Shown: in pieces, positions 30,263-41,235 of the stretch
Numbering within the stretch: position 1 is the first letter of the stretch
Layout: each line of letters opens with the position of its first letter
Assembly: GCA_050950765.1 (NCBI GenBank)
Contig: JBMNIF010000003.1
Span: 320,001-384,000, forward strand
Origin: Bdellovibrionota bacterium
GTDB taxonomy: Bacteria; Bdellovibrionota_C; UBA2361; JAAYZI01
DNA: 64,000 bases
Direction of reading: 5' to 3'
Translations under genes and position numbers: made by a program
Notes under the pieces: model-generated
Seen by the model: the letters and a program-made list of their open reading frames with translations, nothing else
What the model was told of the DNA's origin: nothing
Databases searched by the model: none

Positions 30263-31072
30263 ATGAAGAACATTACTATCAATCAGAAATACGCTTTCTA
30301 TCAACGTGCTGTACAAGATCCAGAATCAGAGATAGAAACTTTTTCTTGGATATACCACGATATTTTCAAGAAAAAACCCTCCCGTTTACGTGAAGATTTT
30401 TGCGGAACTTTTCTTTTGGCTTGTGAGTGGGTAAAAAGCTCCGTTCGCAATTCTGCACTGGTTTTAGACCTAGATCCAGAGCCGTTACGTTATGGAAAAA
30501 AATACAACCTCTCTCTACTAAATCAAGATCAGCAACGTCGCCTTTCTATTCTGCAACAAGATGTACGTTCAGTAACAACAGACAAGCCTCATATTATTGC
30601 TGCTTCCAACTTCTCTTTTTATATCTTTAAAGAGAGATCACAACTAAAAAATTATTTTGCAGCAGCGCACGCTTCCTTAGATAAAAACGGGATCTTACTA
30701 ATGGATATGGTGGGCGGAAAAGGCTTTACAGAAGCCCCAAGCTCCGAGCAACGTGACTACACCAAAGAGACAAAGCAAGGTAAAGAGGTGGCGTGGTTTA
30801 CATATTTTTGGAGATCTCACAGATTTGATCCAAAGACACGTCAAGGGCTTTGGGGAATAGATTTTCAACTTCCAAATAAAGAGCGTTTCAATGGTGTTTT
30901 TACATACGATTGGCGTGTCTGGTCATTAAGTGAAGTTCGTTCTCTACTGCGCCAAGTAGGCTTTAGTAAAGTTATCGTTTACCAGCAACAAGTTTCATCA
31001 GATCAATATGAGGTTATAACTCGCACACCACGCGACTATTGTTGGATCTGCTTAGTTGCCGCAGTAAAATAA
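30263..31072 (+). CDS. Class I SAM-dependent methyltransferase
   Basis: YQRAVQDP, LREDFCGT, LDLDPEPL, FTYDWRVWSL. Confidence 0.82.
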   Translation: MKNITINQKYAFYQRAVQDPESEIETFSWIYHDIFKKKPSRLREDFCGTFLLACEWVKSSVRNSALVLDLDPEPLRYGKKYNLSLLNQDQQRRLSILQQDVRSVTTDKPHIIAASNFSFYIFKERSQLKNYFAAAHASLDKNGILLMDMVGGKGFTEAPSSEQRDYTKETKQGKEVAWFTYFWRSHRFDPKTRQGLWGIDFQLPNKERFNGVFTYDWRVWSLSEVRSLLRQVGFSKVIVYQQQVSSDQYEVITRTPRDYCWICLVAAVK

Positions 31073-31176
31073 TACTTCTTTAAAAATTTCTCTTTACAGC
31101 GCTCACTAAAGCGATCAAGCTTTAATACCACCAAGCGCAAATTTATAATCGCTTTAATCGAGTCGGGGCACTATAC

Positions 31177-31210
31177 CAAAAAGGCGGCTTGCACATCCGT
31201 GCAAACCGCC
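31177..31210 (-). terminator. Intrinsic terminator downstream of ppdK (possibly bidirectional)
   Basis: Hairpin GGCGGcTTGCAC-atcc-GTGCAAaCCGCC at 31183-31210 with an A-tract on its left (U-tract on the minus strand), between convergent genes. Confidence 0.75.
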
Positions 31211-31244
31211 CTCTCTTTTAGTATTTTACTCAGTTAAACAGGTG

Positions 31245-33887
31245 TTACTTTGATAAAATACCGTATTCGCCCTTAATGGCTGCTTGAGCAGCGGCAAGAC
31301 GAGCGATCGGAACACGATACGGACTGCAAGAAACGTAGTTCAAACCAACCATATGGCAGAACTCTACGCTGCTTGGATCTCCACCGTGCTCTCCGCAGAT
31401 TCCGAGTTTGATATCAGATCTGGCGGAACGACCTTTCTTGGTGGCGATCTTCATCAACTCACCAACACCTTCTCTATCAATAACTTGGAACGGATCATAC
31501 TCGTAAATACCAAGTTCAACATAATGAGCGAGGAATTTACCAGCATCGTCACGGCTAAATCCGCAACCCATCTGCGTCAGATCGTTTGTACCAAAGCTAA
31601 AGAACTCAGCTTCTTTAGCGATCTGATCTGCTGTAATAGCACCACGTGGTACCTCAATCATTGTTCCGATCTTGAGATAATCAAGAGCTTTGCCTTTTTC
31701 AGCCTTAACCTGCTCGTAAACATCCAAGCAGATCTTCTTCTGATTGATAAACTCTTTCACATCTCCAACAAGTGGGATCATGATTTCAGGTTTTGAGCCT
31801 GGTACTTCATAAGCAGCTTCAATCACGGCACGTGCTTGCGTTTCTGTAATCTCAGGATAGTAAATCCCTAAACGACAACCACGATGACCTAACATCGGAT
31901 TGAACTCATGCAGAGAATCCACAAGCTCCTTGACGTGCTTCACTGAAGTTCCCATAGCTTTTGCCATCTCTTCCTGTCCGGCTTGATCGTGCGGCACAAA
32001 CTCATGTAACGGTGGATCAAGGAACCTGATGGTAGCGGGTCTACCTTCCAACGCTTTAAAGATACCAACGAAATCATCTCTCTGCAGAGGAAGAAGTTCA
32101 GCTAAAGCTTTTTTACGCTCTTCAACACTCTCAGCAAGGATCATCTTACGCATAGGAACGATACGATCACCCTCAAAGAACATATGCTCTGTACGGGTAA
32201 GTCCGATACCTTCAGCACCGAAACGCACTGCGACTTCAGCATCATGCGGAGTATCAGCATTGGTACGTACACCAAGCTTGCGATACTTATCAGCCAACTC
32301 CATGATCGTACCGAAAGGCCCCGTCAGTTGCGGCTCTACTGTATCCAGCGCACCACTATAAATCACACCGGTGCTACCATTTAAGCTAATCCAATCACCT
32401 TCTTTCAAAACTTCAGAACCAAAGGTCACTGTTTTTGCGGTGTAATCAATGATGGCCTCACCACACCCTGCAACACAACATTTACCCATACCACGAGCAA
32501 CAACAGCCGCATGACTGGTCATGCCGCCACGTCCTGTTAAGATACCTGCTGCAACGTTCATACCGCCGATATCTTCAGGGCTTGTCTCTGTACGGACAAG
32601 GATGACTTTTTTACCATCTTCTGCCCATTTCTCAGCATCTTCAGCAGAGAAAACAACCTGTCCTTTAGCAGCACCTGGGCTGGCAGGAAGTCCTTTTCCT
32701 AATTCCTTAGCAGTTTTTTCTGCCTTCGGATCAAAGGTTGGGTGTAAAAGTTGGTCGAGTTGTTTCGGATCAACACGCAAGATCGCTTCCTTTTCATCGA
32801 TCAAACCTTCTTTCATCAGATCGATAGCAACTTCAACTGCTGCTGCTGCTGTACGCTTTCCGTTTCTAGTTTGAAGGATATAAAGTTTGCCTTGCTCAAT
32901 TGTGAACTCAAGATCCTGCATATCTCTATACTGTTTTTCAAGGATGTCACGGATCTTAACCAATTGATCATAGCTGGCCTTATCAACCTTCTCTAATTGA
33001 GAGATCGGCTCCGGCGTACGAATACCTGCTACAACGTCCTCACCCTGAGCATTCATCAGATACTCACCGTAGAATACATTTTCTCCGGTTGACGGATTTC
33101 TAGTAAACGCAACACCAGTTCCACTGTCATCACCCATATTTCCAAAGACCATCAACTGGACATTAACAGCAGTACCTAAGAGACCACGAATATCGTTGAT
33201 CTGACGATATTTAATAGCACGCGGATTATTCCAACTGCTAAAAACGGCATCTCTAGCAGCATCAAGTTGTGCTCGTGCATCTTGAGGGAAGGTTTTTCCA
33301 GCTTTCTCATAAACTTTTTTATAACCGGCAACGACCTCTTTTAATCCATCAATATCTAACTCTGTATCAAGTTTTACACCTCTGCTCTCTTTAACGTCGT
33401 GTAAAACTTTTTCAAAGTCATCGTGCGGAATTGAGAGCACAACATCACCGAACATCTGCATAAAACGGCGATAAGAGTCCCAACCAAAACGCTCGTTATT
33501 AGTGAGTTTAATTAAGGCAGGTAAAGTCTCATCATTTAATCCGAGATTAAGAACCGTATCCATCATACCCGGCATGGAAGCGGCTGCACCTGAACGTACG
33601 GAAACTAACAATGGATTCTGTCCGTGTCCGAAAGTTTTCCCTGTAATCTCTTCAAGCTTCTTAATATTTTCAGTAATCTGAGCATCAAGTTCATCAGGAT
33701 ATTTATGCCCAAGTTTGTAATACAGATCACAAACTTCCGTCGTGATCGTAAAACCTGGAGGAACTGGGAGACCGAGACTTGCCATATCTGCCAAGTTCGC
33801 ACCCTTTCCACCAAGGAGATGTTTCATATCAGCTTTCCCTTCGGATTTATCACCACCGAAGAAATACACGTATTTATTATCAGCCAT
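31245..33887 (-). CDS. ppdK: Pyruvate, phosphate dikinase
   Basis: LGGKGANL, SVRSGA..SMPGMMDT, GGMTSHAAVVARG (phospho-His), FSFGTNDLTQ, GICGEHGG. Confidence 0.98.
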   Translation of the reverse strand: MADNKYVYFFGGDKSEGKADMKHLLGGKGANLADMASLGLPVPPGFTITTEVCDLYYKLGHKYPDELDAQITENIKKLEEITGKTFGHGQNPLLVSVRSGAAASMPGMMDTVLNLGLNDETLPALIKLTNNERFGWDSYRRFMQMFGDVVLSIPHDDFEKVLHDVKESRGVKLDTELDIDGLKEVVAGYKKVYEKAGKTFPQDARAQLDAARDAVFSSWNNPRAIKYRQINDIRGLLGTAVNVQLMVFGNMGDDSGTGVAFTRNPSTGENVFYGEYLMNAQGEDVVAGIRTPEPISQLEKVDKASYDQLVKIRDILEKQYRDMQDLEFTIEQGKLYILQTRNGKRTAAAAVEVAIDLMKEGLIDEKEAILRVDPKQLDQLLHPTFDPKAEKTAKELGKGLPASPGAAKGQVVFSAEDAEKWAEDGKKVILVRTETSPEDIGGMNVAAGILTGRGGMTSHAAVVARGMGKCCVAGCGEAIIDYTAKTVTFGSEVLKEGDWISLNGSTGVIYSGALDTVEPQLTGPFGTIMELADKYRKLGVRTNADTPHDAEVAVRFGAEGIGLTRTEHMFFEGDRIVPMRKMILAESVEERKKALAELLPLQRDDFVGIFKALEGRPATIRFLDPPLHEFVPHDQAGQEEMAKAMGTSVKHVKELVDSLHEFNPMLGHRGCRLGIYYPEITETQARAVIEAAYEVPGSKPEIMIPLVGDVKEFINQKKICLDVYEQVKAEKGKALDYLKIGTMIEVPRGAITADQIAKEAEFFSFGTNDLTQMGCGFSRDDAGKFLAHYVELGIYEYDPFQVIDREGVGELMKIATKKGRSARSDIKLGICGEHGGDPSSVEFCHMVGLNYVSCSPYRVPIARLAAAQAAIKGEYGILSK

Positions 33888-34440
33888 GACTGGTCACTCC
33901 TAATCGATTTACAATTTACAATTTGATTTTTTAGCGATGTCTTATCGCTTCGCTGCTCCAACCCTGAGAATTTTCAGAGTCAGAAACGAGAATTTCTGTC
34001 ACGAGAGAGTATGATTAATACCTTTGAAGGCTATCTAACTTGTCGTTCGGAAATGCACGTCTAGTTTATGATTACAAAGGCTTAGGTGTCAATTAAGAGA
34101 AAGGTAGAATCTTCTGCCTAAAATCACTTAAGACGGTGTATCTTTAATTTAAGAACACTTAATTTTAAAATAAAACTCTCGATCTAAGCCCAAATTTATC
34201 GCATTACAAAGATTTTAAACCGTTGCTTTTTTAAAAAGTAGTTTTATAAAAGAGAGGTATCCTCACCAAACACCTCTACACTAGGTGTATTATTTTTTTT
34301 AGAAAATTGAAGGAAAGCATTAGATTAAAAGTTAAACAGGGTTTTAAAAGCCCAGAAAATACTCACTTATTAAATTGCATCTCCGTTTTTTGCACTATAA
34401 ACACTCCGAATAAGTTCACTATAAAAACTACTTTTCACCA

Positions 34441-34689
34441 TCCTTTACCTCCGACCTTAAATTTATAGCTCTGCTTACAGTTAGATCTTAGAGAAAAACA
34501 AAAATCTATTTACTAACTTCTTTTACCGCCAACCTTAAATTTATAGCTCTGCTTACAGTTAGATCTTAGAAGAAAACAAAAATCTATTTACTAACGTTCT
34601 TTTACCTCCAACCTTAAATTTATAGCTCTGCTCACAGTTAGATCTTAGAAAAAAATAAAAACTAATTTTTAATTTCTTTTACCGCCAAC
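34441..34689. repeat. Three ~78-bp tandem units comprising the rlmN terminal codons plus downstream sequence
   Basis: ACCTTAAATTTATAGCTCTGCT.ACAGTTAGATCTTAGA recurs at 34454, 34532 and 34611. Each unit contains a variant of TTTTACCGCCAAC, which is the rlmN 3' end. Confidence 0.9.
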
Positions 34690-35735
34690 TGTCCGCAAGC
34701 AGCATCGATATCTGCACCACGTGACCATCTGATGGTTGTATCAATGCCTGCCTTTACCAGTCTTTCCAACCAAGTAATAACACGTTCTCTAGGTGGAGTA
34801 CGAAAATCGAGTCCATCATTTTCATTATACGGAATAAGATTCACCTTCGCTTTTAAGCCGTGCAACAACTTCGGCAACCTCTTAATATCGCCCTCCGTAT
34901 CATTTATGCCAGCGAGTAGAACATAACTGATAGTCAATGTTTTACGGTGTTTTAACGGTATTTCATGTAAGGCGGCGATTAGATCCGCCAGCGGATACCG
35001 TTTATTGATCGGCATAAGTTTAGATCGCACGGCATCAGTTGTAGCACTAAGAGAGATCGCCAAGTTTACTCCGAGATCTGCCTGTACGAATTTTTTAATC
35101 CCTGGCACAAAACCACAAGTTGAGATCGTAATCTTTCGCACCCCGATACCGATTCCAGCATCATCATTTAAGATCTTTACAGCCGAAGCAACAGCCTCAA
35201 AATTATGTAACGGCTCCCCCATCCCCATAAAAACGATATTATTAAAAGGTGCATTCGTGCCCGAAATATTTTGCCCTTGAAAATCATCCAATACCGTTAC
35301 AACTTGCCTGATGATATCACCTGCTGAAAGATTCTTAACTAACCCCATCGTAGCAGTTCTACAAAAAGTGCACCCCATAGCACAACCGTATTGAGAAGAT
35401 ACACAAAGGGTAATCCGTTCAGGTTGTTTAATAAAAACCGATTCCACAAAAACATTCGGGCTAACTTCAAGTAAGTATTTACAACTACCATCTTTACTGA
35501 AGGTTCTCTCTTTTATTTCAGCATGGCGACACTCTAGAAGATCAGAGAGTTTTGGTCTTAAATCTTTTGTAATATTCGTCATTAAATTAAAATCAGTAAC
35601 TCGTTTGCGATAAACCCACTCAAAAAGTTGCGTCGATCGATAAGCGCTTGCTTCAAAACGCTCCTTTAAGAGGTGTGCTAGATCCTCTTTTGTTAAACTA
35701 TAAAAATCGACCTTCTCAGCCACTTCATCCATCAC
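34662..35735 (-). CDS. rlmN: 23S rRNA (A2503-C2)/tRNA radical SAM methyltransferase
   Basis: CVSSQYGCAMGCTFC, NIVFMGMGEP, NLIPYN, DIDAACGQL. Confidence 0.95.
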   Translation of the reverse strand: MMDEVAEKVDFYSLTKEDLAHLLKERFEASAYRSTQLFEWVYRKRVTDFNLMTNITKDLRPKLSDLLECRHAEIKERTFSKDGSCKYLLEVSPNVFVESVFIKQPERITLCVSSQYGCAMGCTFCRTATMGLVKNLSAGDIIRQVVTVLDDFQGQNISGTNAPFNNIVFMGMGEPLHNFEAVASAVKILNDDAGIGIGVRKITISTCGFVPGIKKFVQADLGVNLAISLSATTDAVRSKLMPINKRYPLADLIAALHEIPLKHRKTLTISYVLLAGINDTEGDIKRLPKLLHGLKAKVNLIPYNENDGLDFRTPPRERVITWLERLVKAGIDTTIRWSRGADIDAACGQLAVKEIKN

Positions 35736-35825
35736 AGCTACTCACTAAAACTTCGAGGCACGCCTCGCCCTCCCTCACGCCTCACAGATTGATCTTATTT
35801 AATACTGAAAAAAGTCTCTAAAAGA

Positions 35826-36323
35826 CTAACTAATCCCAAACTTTTTCATAACAGCTTTTTCAATCACTCTCGGAACGATCTTTGTAATATCTCCTCCAAG
35901 TGGTGCAATCTGCCGCACAAGTGTAGAATTAATATATGAGTACTCTTCACGTGCCATTAAGAAAACAGTCTCAATTCCATCTCCGAGATGTCTATTCATT
36001 AACGCCATCTGTGCTTCATAATCGAAATCACTAATGGCACGCAGCCCACGGATAATCACTTGCGCTTTACTTTGTCTGACAAAGTTCACAAGCAACCCTG
36101 AAAACGGTTCTACCTGCACCTTACCACCGTAAGTAGAGAAGTGCTCCCTAATCATCTCTAAACGTTCTTCCAATGAAAAAAGCTCATTCGACTTCTGTGT
36201 TTGTGCTACGATAGCAACTATTACTCTATCAAAAATAGATAACGCCCTCTCCACTAAATCAACGTGTCCATTAGTGAGAGGATCAAAGGAACCAGGGAAT
36301 ACTGCTAATTTTTCTTGTGTCAT
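35826..36323 (-). CDS. coaD: Pantetheine-phosphate adenylyltransferase
   Basis: AVFPGSFDPLTNGH, IRGLRAISDFDYE. Probable start is MTQEK at 36323. Confidence 0.96.
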   Translation of the reverse strand: MTQEKLAVFPGSFDPLTNGHVDLVERALSIFDRVIVAIVAQTQKSNELFSLEERLEMIREHFSTYGGKVQVEPFSGLLVNFVRQSKAQVIIRGLRAISDFDYEAQMALMNRHLGDGIETVFLMAREEYSYINSTLVRQIAPLGGDITKIVPRVIEKAVMKKFGIS

Positions 36324-36343
36324 AGGAAGCGCTTTTATCACAA

Positions 36344-37342
36344 TTAAAAAAGATATACACCCTCAAGATCGCCCCTTAACGGCTGGTACTCTATCTTTTG
36401 GATTATTTCAGCAGCGAAAGCCCCAAGCAGAAGTTGGCGTGCTTCTTCCTGCGGGATCCCCCTGCTTCGCAGATAAAAAAGAGCGTTTTCATCAAGTTGC
36501 CCCACGGTAGCACCGTGCGCACACTTTACATCATCGGCATAGATCTTAAGTTGCGGAGTAGCGTTACTAACAGCATCTGCCGAAAGCAATATACTCTTCG
36601 TTGTTTGCACGGCATCTGTCTTTTGAGCGTCAGGTGCTACATAAATCACACCATCAAAGTTTCCTTTAGATCTATCACTATATATCCCTTTATATAATTC
36701 GTAAGAGCTGCAATCTCCTACTAGATGATTAACCTCAGTTTGATTAGAGATCTCGCGTGCACCATCAGCAACACACAAGCCGTATAACTCAGAACGTGCA
36801 CCTTCACCGTTAAGCTGCATCGTAACTTTATTATTCGCATACGCCGCACCTAACACTAAAGAGATAGAGCTGACGGTCGCACCTCTCTTTAAATTTACAA
36901 AAAGGTCAGACTCATGCGTCGCCGTTTGGCTATCACGTTGTAAGCGCGCATGCCACAAAGTGGCAGCTTCATCTGCCATTATAAAGATTTTAGGACGAAC
37001 GAGATACGTCCCCTCTCCGAGATATTGTTCAAGTAGCGCCACCTGTTCACTCCCTTCTAGATCAAGATACAGGACGGGATCTACCACCTGAGAATCTTCC
37101 GTGTAAAAAAGCACGGTAAGGGGCGTAACAATTTTTTTAGCGGAAGTAATTTTTAACACAGTTCCAAGACGGTCTTGAAAGCCAACAACGAAGGCACCTT
37201 CTTCCAAGCTCACCCCTTCCTGTAACGCTCTGCAGAGGTCTCGTCTTAATTCGCCGTTAATGAAACATAGCGTGGGGAGATCTCCATCTATCATCATCTT
37301 TGCGACATCTGAAGGAGTAAGGTTATTCATTGTTATTCCCAC
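36344..37342 (-). CDS. sufD: Fe-S cluster assembly protein SufD
   Basis: AQKTDA.Q, PQLKIYADDVKCAHGATVGQLD...LFYLRSRGI. Confidence 0.92.
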   Translation of the reverse strand: MGITMNNLTPSDVAKMMIDGDLPTLCFINGELRRDLCRALQEGVSLEEGAFVVGFQDRLGTVLKITSAKKIVTPLTVLFYTEDSQVVDPVLYLDLEGSEQVALLEQYLGEGTYLVRPKIFIMADEAATLWHARLQRDSQTATHESDLFVNLKRGATVSSISLVLGAAYANNKVTMQLNGEGARSELYGLCVADGAREISNQTEVNHLVGDCSSYELYKGIYSDRSKGNFDGVIYVAPDAQKTDAVQTTKSILLSADAVSNATPQLKIYADDVKCAHGATVGQLDENALFYLRSRGIPQEEARQLLLGAFAAEIIQKIEYQPLRGDLEGVYLF

Positions 37343-38102
37343 CCGTAGCCGACTCTTTTCTCAACCAGTTATAACCACGCTCTTCCAACTCCAAAGAGAG
37401 GTCTTTCCCTCCAGACTTCACGATTCGCCCATCAAGCATAACGTGCACAAAATCAGGAACTATATAATCAAGTAATCTTTGATAGTGCGTAATCAACAAG
37501 AAAGATCTTTGCGGATCCTCTGCCTTTAAACGATTCACTCCATTAGCTACAACTTGTAAAGCATCGATATCCAAACCGGAATCAATCTCATCCAAGATTG
37601 AGAGTTGCGGCGCTAAAACTGCCATCTGAAAAACTTCATTGCGTTTTTTTTCTCCACCCGAAAACCCCTCATTGACCGAACGCTTTAGCATCCTATCATC
37701 CAAATCAAGGTACTCTAATTTCTCTCTTATTAACTCATTAAAATCTCGTACCGAAGCGGGCTCTCTACCTTGCGCTTTTCTAATGGAGTTGTACGCCGTA
37801 CGTAAAAAATATGTCTGCAACACACCTGGGATCTCAACAGGGTATTGAAACGCTAAAAACAACCCCGCCGCCGCCCGAGCTTCCGGTGTCATAGAGAGTA
37901 GATCCACACCATTAAAAAGCACACTTCCCGCCGTTACTTGATAACCATCACGTCCTGCCAAGATATTTGCTAAAGTGCTTTTTCCAGATCCGTTCACTCC
38001 CATAATGGCGTGCACCTCTCCTGAGTTTATCTTAAGGTTAAACCCTTTTAAGATCTCTCTCCCCTCGATTCCGCCATGCAGATCTCTTATCTCCAACATC
38101 AT
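37323..38102 (-). CDS. sufC: Fe-S cluster assembly ATPase SufC
   Basis: [43 protein letters not shown]. Confidence 0.97.
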   Translation of the reverse strand: MMLEIRDLHGGIEGREILKGFNLKINSGEVHAIMGVNGSGKSTLANILAGRDGYQVTAGSVLFNGVDLLSMTPEARAAAGLFLAFQYPVEIPGVLQTYFLRTAYNSIRKAQGREPASVRDFNELIREKLEYLDLDDRMLKRSVNEGFSGGEKKRNEVFQMAVLAPQLSILDEIDSGLDIDALQVVANGVNRLKAEDPQRSFLLITHYQRLLDYIVPDFVHVMLDGRIVKSGGKDLSLELEERGYNWLRKESATGGNNNE

Positions 38103-39541
38103 CCTACACTCCCCTCCAAGCTGACCTGTAATAACTGTTTAGCTTCCACAGCAAACTCTAACGGTAATTCCTTAAAAACATCTAAACAGAATCCACTTAC
38201 AATCATCGACACAGCATCTTCCGTTGAAATGCCACGTTGATTACAATAAAAAATCTGATCTTCCCCTATTTTAGAGGTAGTCGCCTCATGCTCAACTAAC
38301 GCTGAAGGGTTGGCGACTTCTTGACACGGAAAGGTATGCGCACCGCACTTATCTCCTATCAACATCGAGTCACATTGCGAATAATTTCTAGCGCCATCAG
38401 ATCCCTTAGCAACCTTAACCAAGCCACGATAAGAGTTCTGACCGTGTCCTGCTGAGATACCTTTTGAGATAATAGTACTACGTGTGTTTTTCCCAAGGTG
38501 AATCATCTTAGTACCGGTATCCGCTTGCTGGTAGTTATTCGTCATAGCAACAGAGTAGAACTCACCGACAGAGTTATCCCCCTTTAATACGCAGCTAGGA
38601 TATTTCCAAGTGATCGAAGAACCTGTTTCAACTTGAGTCCATGAGATCTTTGAATTCCTCCCCTCACACAGACCGCGCTTAGTTACAAAATTATAGATCC
38701 CTCCATCCCCGTTTTTATCTCCTGGATACCAATTTTGAATTGTCGAATATTTAATCTCAGCATCATCCAGTGCAACCAGCTCCACCACTGCGGCGTGTAG
38801 TTGGTTTTCATCACGCATCGGCGCAGTACAACCTTCCAGATATGAAACATAACTACCTTTATCTGCGACTATTAAAGTTCTCTCAAATTGCCCCGTATTT
38901 TGGGCATTTATTCTAAAGTATGTAGAAAGCTCTATCGGACACCGAACCCCTTGCGGAATATAAACAAAGGTACCATCTGTAAAAACTGCTGAATTAAGCG
39001 CTGAAAAAAAGTTGTCCGTAGTTGGCACGACAGACCCTAAATACTTTTTAATCAGATCTGGATGTTCTTGAACCGCCTCACTGATCGGACAAAAGATAAT
39101 CCCGTGTTTTGTCAGTTCATCTTTATAAGTCGTCGCTATGGAAACGCTATCAAAGACAGCATCAACCGCCACACCAGCCAGCTGCTTCTGCTCTGAAAGA
39201 GGAATGCCTAACTTTTCATACGTTTTAAGAAGTTCCGGATCGACCTCATCCAAACTGCTTAACGTTTTCTTTTTTGGAGCGGAATAATAAACGATCGCTT
39301 GATAATCAATCGGGGGATATGTGAAGAATCCCCAGTGCGGTTCCTTCATCTTAAGCCAATATTGATACGCCTTAAGCCGCCACTCCAACATATATTTCGG
39401 CTCTTCTTTTTTACCTGAAATAATTCGGATGACATCTTCATTTATACCAGCAGCTATAGAGTCCGCCTCGATCTCCGTATAGAAACCGTACTTGTATTCC
39501 TGTCTCGCTAATTGTTTAATTTTATCGTTATTTTCCGACAT
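38099..39541 (-). CDS. sufB: Fe-S cluster assembly protein SufB
   Basis: [49 protein letters not shown]. Probable start is MSENN at 39541. Confidence 0.97.
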   Translation of the reverse strand: MSENNDKIKQLARQEYKYGFYTEIEADSIAAGINEDVIRIISGKKEEPKYMLEWRLKAYQYWLKMKEPHWGFFTYPPIDYQAIVYYSAPKKKTLSSLDEVDPELLKTYEKLGIPLSEQKQLAGVAVDAVFDSVSIATTYKDELTKHGIIFCPISEAVQEHPDLIKKYLGSVVPTTDNFFSALNSAVFTDGTFVYIPQGVRCPIELSTYFRINAQNTGQFERTLIVADKGSYVSYLEGCTAPMRDENQLHAAVVELVALDDAEIKYSTIQNWYPGDKNGDGGIYNFVTKRGLCEGRNSKISWTQVETGSSITWKYPSCVLKGDNSVGEFYSVAMTNNYQQADTGTKMIHLGKNTRSTIISKGISAGHGQNSYRGLVKVAKGSDGARNYSQCDSMLIGDKCGAHTFPCQEVANPSALVEHEATTSKIGEDQIFYCNQRGISTEDAVSMIVSGFCLDVFKELPLEFAVEAKQLLQVSLEGSVG

Positions 39542-39793
39542 TGCTAATTTTTCCAAAACGAGATTTATGACGATAATGACGACATAGCTGCTGCTTGGGC
39601 TCACACACACAACTTTCGGGCGTAACTCATTTTTCCCCTCTACGGGTTCTAACTCTACAAAAAAGACGTTTGAATATCCAGATCAGGCACCCCAAGCAGG
39701 GTAAGCAGTTCTAAAAAACACCGTATGATCTTGACATTAAAGGGTTAAAAGATGATCCTCAAAAAGGTTTTTTTTAAAAAAACTACAAGCGAT

Positions 39794-39870
39794 GCCCTCG
39801 TAGCTCAGTTGGATAGAGCACAGGTTTCCTAAACCTGGGGTCGTAGGTTCAAGCCCTGCCGGGGGTGCCA
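39794..39870 (+). tRNA. tRNA-Arg (anticodon CCT)
   Basis: Acceptor GCCCTCG/CGGGGGT, D arm TAGCTCAGTTGGATAGAGC, anticodon arm CAGGT-TTCCTAA-ACCTG, T arm GTAGGTTCAAGCCCTGC, encoded CCA. Confidence 0.96.
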
Positions 39871-39948
39871 TCGTTTCTCCCCTCTCAAAAGCTCTTAAAT
39901 AGTGTCCTTAACTAACGATAAAAACGGTTAATGTTGTCCGTTTACTCA

Positions 39949-40908
39949 CTATACTGTGTTTTGGGGTTTACCTGCCAAGTATGCTTTGATGTTATCCAAC
40001 GTCCAATCTCTGTTACGCTTTTGTGCCTCTTTAGTCCACCATCCGAAGTCAGGTGTTAAATAGACGTTATCCATATTCCTAAATTTATCTCGCCACTCTT
40101 GATTTTGTAGTTCGTCAAACCAAACAAATAGATCTGACGTTGCGCAGCGCTTGTATAATGCTGCCAAGTCAAAGATCTCCGGACGTGAAGGATTTAAAAG
40201 AATAGTACTCGACTTTAGTTGTTGCACACGTTCAGAAGTTAGCATGGCTCTCGTCTCCTCTGTAAGAGGGCAATGAAAAGAGATGACGTGACTTCTCTCT
40301 AATAGCTCTGAGAACTGTACAAAAGATATCCCTAGACTTTCCTGATCACGTCGTCTAGTGCGGGAGTAATACAGAACCTCCATTCCAAATGCTTGGGCAA
40401 GGTGTGCAACTTTAGATCCTATCGCACCGAGACCAACGATTCCTAATGTCTTACCGAAAAGCTCGGAGCCTAGAAAAGGTTCAAACCCCCAATTCCCTGC
40501 ACGAACATAATTGAGCGCTTCTGGAATACGACGCATAATGCAGATTAAGGCTCCAATGGTTAATTCTGCCACAGATTGAGTCGAATACGCCGGAACGTGA
40601 GTTAGTGTAATATTTTTAGCCTTTAGCTCATTTAAATTTAAGTCAGATACATCCGTGTGAGTTAGACCGATATAACGGAGTAAAGTTTCATTAAAGAAAC
40701 CTTGGGGGTAGTGTTCAAAGACTCTAGAGATAAAAGCGTCGGCACCGATCAGATCCGTTTTTTTAATTCCGTTTTGGAACTCCCCTTCAGCTAAGATAAT
40801 TTCAACTTCAGTAGCAAAAGAGTCCAAACTTTTTATAAAAGTAGCGTCAAGCGGATCTCGCCTAAAGTCATAGAGTACCAATTTTTTAAACTTATTTAAG
40901 ATCATCAA
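39949..40908 (-). CDS. D-isomer-specific 2-hydroxyacid dehydrogenase family protein (deviant active site)
   Basis: VPAYSTQSVAE, GKTLGIVGLGAIG, FHCPLTEET, LLNPSR. The usual TPH motif reads TPD here. Confidence 0.85.
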   Translation of the reverse strand: MMILNKFKKLVLYDFRRDPLDATFIKSLDSFATEVEIILAEGEFQNGIKKTDLIGADAFISRVFEHYPQGFFNETLLRYIGLTHTDVSDLNLNELKAKNITLTHVPAYSTQSVAELTIGALICIMRRIPEALNYVRAGNWGFEPFLGSELFGKTLGIVGLGAIGSKVAHLAQAFGMEVLYYSRTRRRDQESLGISFVQFSELLERSHVISFHCPLTEETRAMLTSERVQQLKSSTILLNPSRPEIFDLAALYKRCATSDLFVWFDELQNQEWRDKFRNMDNVYLTPDFGWWTKEAQKRNRDWTLDNIKAYLAGKPQNTV

Positions 40909-41235
40909 TTACAACACTAATTCAGGCTTACCCATAAGTTGTTTAAAACAGGAAAAACATCTTACCCCATTTAAACGCGACAACTGAGGTATGATTAGCA
41001 GAAATGCGTGGCAGTGTATACTACACACTTTAATTCCCCACTACTTAAACTCCTCCGTTATTGAGGATCTCTTATAAGTAACAAGCAAGATCATTCAGAT
41101 GGGTAGAGAAGAATCTCAATTTATGGGCAGTGTCAGATATAGAGGTAAAAGCCTCATCTTCAATATTGAGTTTCCAGCACAGACCTTTACACCCCATACT
41201 AAAGAGATATTATCAAATGTAAAAAAACATCCTAT

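Noticed and set aside
34441..34689. CRISPR array
   Set aside because: The intervening segments are near-identical rather than unique spacers, the unit includes the rlmN 3' end, and no cas genes are present.
36344..39541. sufBCD lacking sufS/sufE as an anomaly
   Set aside because: Split suf loci are common, and the desulfurase may be encoded elsewhere.
39794..39870. tRNA-Arg as integration site with a downstream att duplicate
   Set aside because: I found no repeat of the tRNA 3' end and no integrase downstream in this window.
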